The notes below the pieces were generated by a model that was not told the origin of the DNA, made no database searches, and saw only the letters and a list, made by a program, of their open reading frames with translations. Below, in pieces: positions 61,679 to 64,000 of a stretch of 64,000 nt of DNA; the first letter of the stretch is position 1; each line of letters starts with the position of its first letter. Location: NCBI GenBank assembly GCA_032718475.1, contig JAUCBJ010008710.1:1-64000 (forward strand), given 5' to 3'. The DNA comes from Nemertoderma westbladi. Its lineage: Eukaryota; Animalia; Xenacoelomorpha. Both the position numbers and the translations under genes were made by a program.

Positions 61679-64000
61679 ATGGCTGATACAAGGCAAACTC
61701 TGTCAGATAGTCTCCTAGAAACAACAGCCTGTTTCTCAGATCAAAGTGTAGAGAATCCCAGACCGAGGTCTGAAACCCCTCATACTGTAAGAAGGGCAAC
61801 CCCTGCAGTGGTTGTGTCAGAACCTAGGTTGGTAGAAAAGATTTCGCAATTTGCGAAGTTAGTGAAGCGCCGTTGGTCTGCCATAGGCACTCGGGCCCAA
61901 GTCAAGCGGGATCAAGAAGAAGCTATAAAACAGCAGCAACCTCCTAGCCAAGAACCTAGTTCTCAGCGGCCCGATAGCTCCAGTAGTTCGGATACTGTTG
62001 AGCGGACGCCCGAACGCGGAGCGAAGATGGCGGATACGGTTTATGATGAGCGGCCAACCTATGAAGAATCAACCGACGCCACTTCTTCTCAAGTGGAAAG
62101 TGAGGTGGAAAGCGAAGTGGAAAGTGAGGTGGAAAGCGAAGTGGAAAGCGAGGTGGAAAGCGAAGTGGAAAGCGAGGTGGAAAGCGAAGTGGAAAGCGAA
62201 TTAACATCAGCAGAGAAGCCGCGAACTAGAGACGCTATCGACATTTATTTGTCCGACTATCAGCGATTCCTATGAGACGAAGAGTTGAGGAGACGGCTGT
62301 CTGGACTTTCCCCTAATAGTGAAGGAACCAAGCTTGTGTTGGACTCAATCGATGCCGAAATGTTAGCTGCAAACCAAGCTGAATGTGATGAAAAACTCCG
62401 CCTCATTAGAGTCCGAGAAGAACAAGTAAAGAAAGAACGGATAGAGAAAAGAAGGGTGGCAGCAGCAGCGGCGGCAGAAGCAGAAGCCGAAAGAAAAGCA
62501 GCGGCGGCAGAAGCAGAAGCCGAAAGAAAAGCAGCAGTGGCAGAAGCAGAACGGAGAGCTTCTGAGGAGACTATCCAACTGGAGTTGGAAAATCTGCAAG
62601 AGACGCAAGACAGTATAAATAAACAGTTTACTGCTAATCAAATGCAGATGATGAGAAAATCTACTCCCAAGCGCCAGGGATACACATCCTCGGAGGAAGG
62701 CGAGACCACCGATCCTGAAGGCGGAGGAAATAGATCTCGTCTAAGCAGGCGTAGAAAAACATCTCACCATCATAAACTGCCTGATTTGCCCCCAGCTGTC
62801 AGAAGACAACTAGCTAGCACAGACTTAGGTAATACAGAACCCACAGAACAAATTATTCAGGTCACAAGACTCCCTACAATAGTTGATGAGCCTGAAATAA
62901 TTAGGCCTGTCGTTCCCAAAGTCACTCCTGTGCTAGAGACCCCTGTACTTCCAGAGCTTAACTATAAGTTCCCTTTACACAGTACTACACTGCCTGTACC
63001 CGGTGGAACAGTCCATGCAAACACCCCTGTCCTGAGCATTGAGAGAGGAATCAAAGATTTGTCTCCCGTCGTCCCGCGTCAGCCCGCTACAATGTTGGCG
63101 ACTCCCGCTTCGGCGGTTGAGTGGGTAGAGGAGGGACGGCGGGGGATGAACCTCCTGCTCGGACAGATGCAGGAGACTGTCCACCAGCTTAAGGGAACAG
63201 TAAGGGAAGGTAGGGCAGAGTTGCAAGAAGTGCAGCAAAGTATCGCGCTGGAACGCGACAAATTAGTCAATATACAAAAGGGCATACCAATACCCCCTGT
63301 AACATTGTATCAACCTGTTAGGTCTGAAGTATTACATGCGCAAGGTGTGGAGCCTACACGCATCTATACTGCTAGTGAAGTAGAAACCCCTATAGCAAAC
63401 CCTATTAAGGGTGATTATAGACCTGTTATTAATGATATTCCTTATAGACCTGATAATGATCCGAGAAATTTATATACCGATAATTCGATATTAAATAACA
63501 CGATGGCCCAAGAAAGCTTTACGCGTCAGATGGCTAGAACAGAAGCCCGCCAAGCGGTCAAAGTGGGAGAGATCGTCAAATTCAATGGAGATGAGATGAA
63601 ATGGTTACCTTTCAACGAATATTACAAAGATAGCATACAGAACTCTGTACTATCTAACGGAGAGAAACTTAGATTCCTCATCAAGTGCTTGGAAGGACCT
63701 CCCAAGTTAATGGCGTTAAAGTTTATTGGACATCCAGATGGATTAAGACAAGTTTGGGATACATTAAACATCAGGTATGGTAACAAGGATAACATAGCTA
63801 AGTATTTGTATGCAAAATTAGTAGCCCCCCGACACTTCCTTAGTAGCGGGATTATAGAGTTTTCCGATGAAATTCAGGAAATCTGTAGACAATTGGACTG
63901 GTTAGGTAAGTCTCATGAATATCAGAGTTCCATGGTTATTGGAGCCGTAGTCTCTACTTTACCAAAGGGTGGAGTATGTACGCGCTGGGACAAGAAAGTG
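61679..64000 (+). CDS. Family B Gag (partial; one in-frame TGA at 62273-62275)
   Basis: The frame continues after the TGA (DEELRRRLSG...) and stays in frame with the DUF1759-like region KFNGDEMKWLPFNEYY...EKLRFL at ~63580; (ESEV)n repeat at ~62093-62200. Confidence 0.8.

Larger units (their letters stand above)
59418..64000 (+). mobile_element. BEL/Pao family B internal region (2.3-kb 5' UTR plus gag), running off the window
   Basis: Homologous to 21336-24351 and 45700-46630; UTR has ~38-bp repeats (59470-59610) and a ~288-bp duplication (~59780-60360). Confidence 0.88.

Noticed and set aside
12179-62275. Alternative genetic code or programmed TGA-GAN readthrough (several in-frame TGAs are followed by GA)
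   Set aside because: Paralogs have CGA or GGT at these sites, other TGAs have different contexts (TGA CCA, TGA CAG, TGA CGA), and GAN codons are common in these acidic proteins; CpG decay explains most cases.

Overview
Eukaryotic (probably invertebrate) transposon-dense window with no recognisable host gene. It is dominated by nested BEL/Pao LTR retrotransposons. One is a complete, very young 17.3-kb element (family A, minus strand, 588-17863, 2086-bp LTRs, CCAAC TSD). The rest are a truncated A paralog, three copies plus a solo LTR of a second family (B), and fragments of three more families (C, D, E). Also present are a 5'-truncated CRE-like LINE, another LINE 3' fragment, a TA-flanked TIR element carrying three head-to-tail Helitron-type non-autonomous elements, a probable piggyBac relic and several minisatellites. 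The most striking observation is that in both families where the 5' LTR/internal junction can be defined, there is no tRNA primer-binding site. Instead, the 10-11 nt immediately after the LTR are exactly complementary to a sequence inside the element's own LTR (A: GTAAAGCACG; B: ATAACAGTCAT). This suggests Tf1-style self-primed reverse transcription in BEL/Pao elements. All calls were made by eye, without alignments or database searches.
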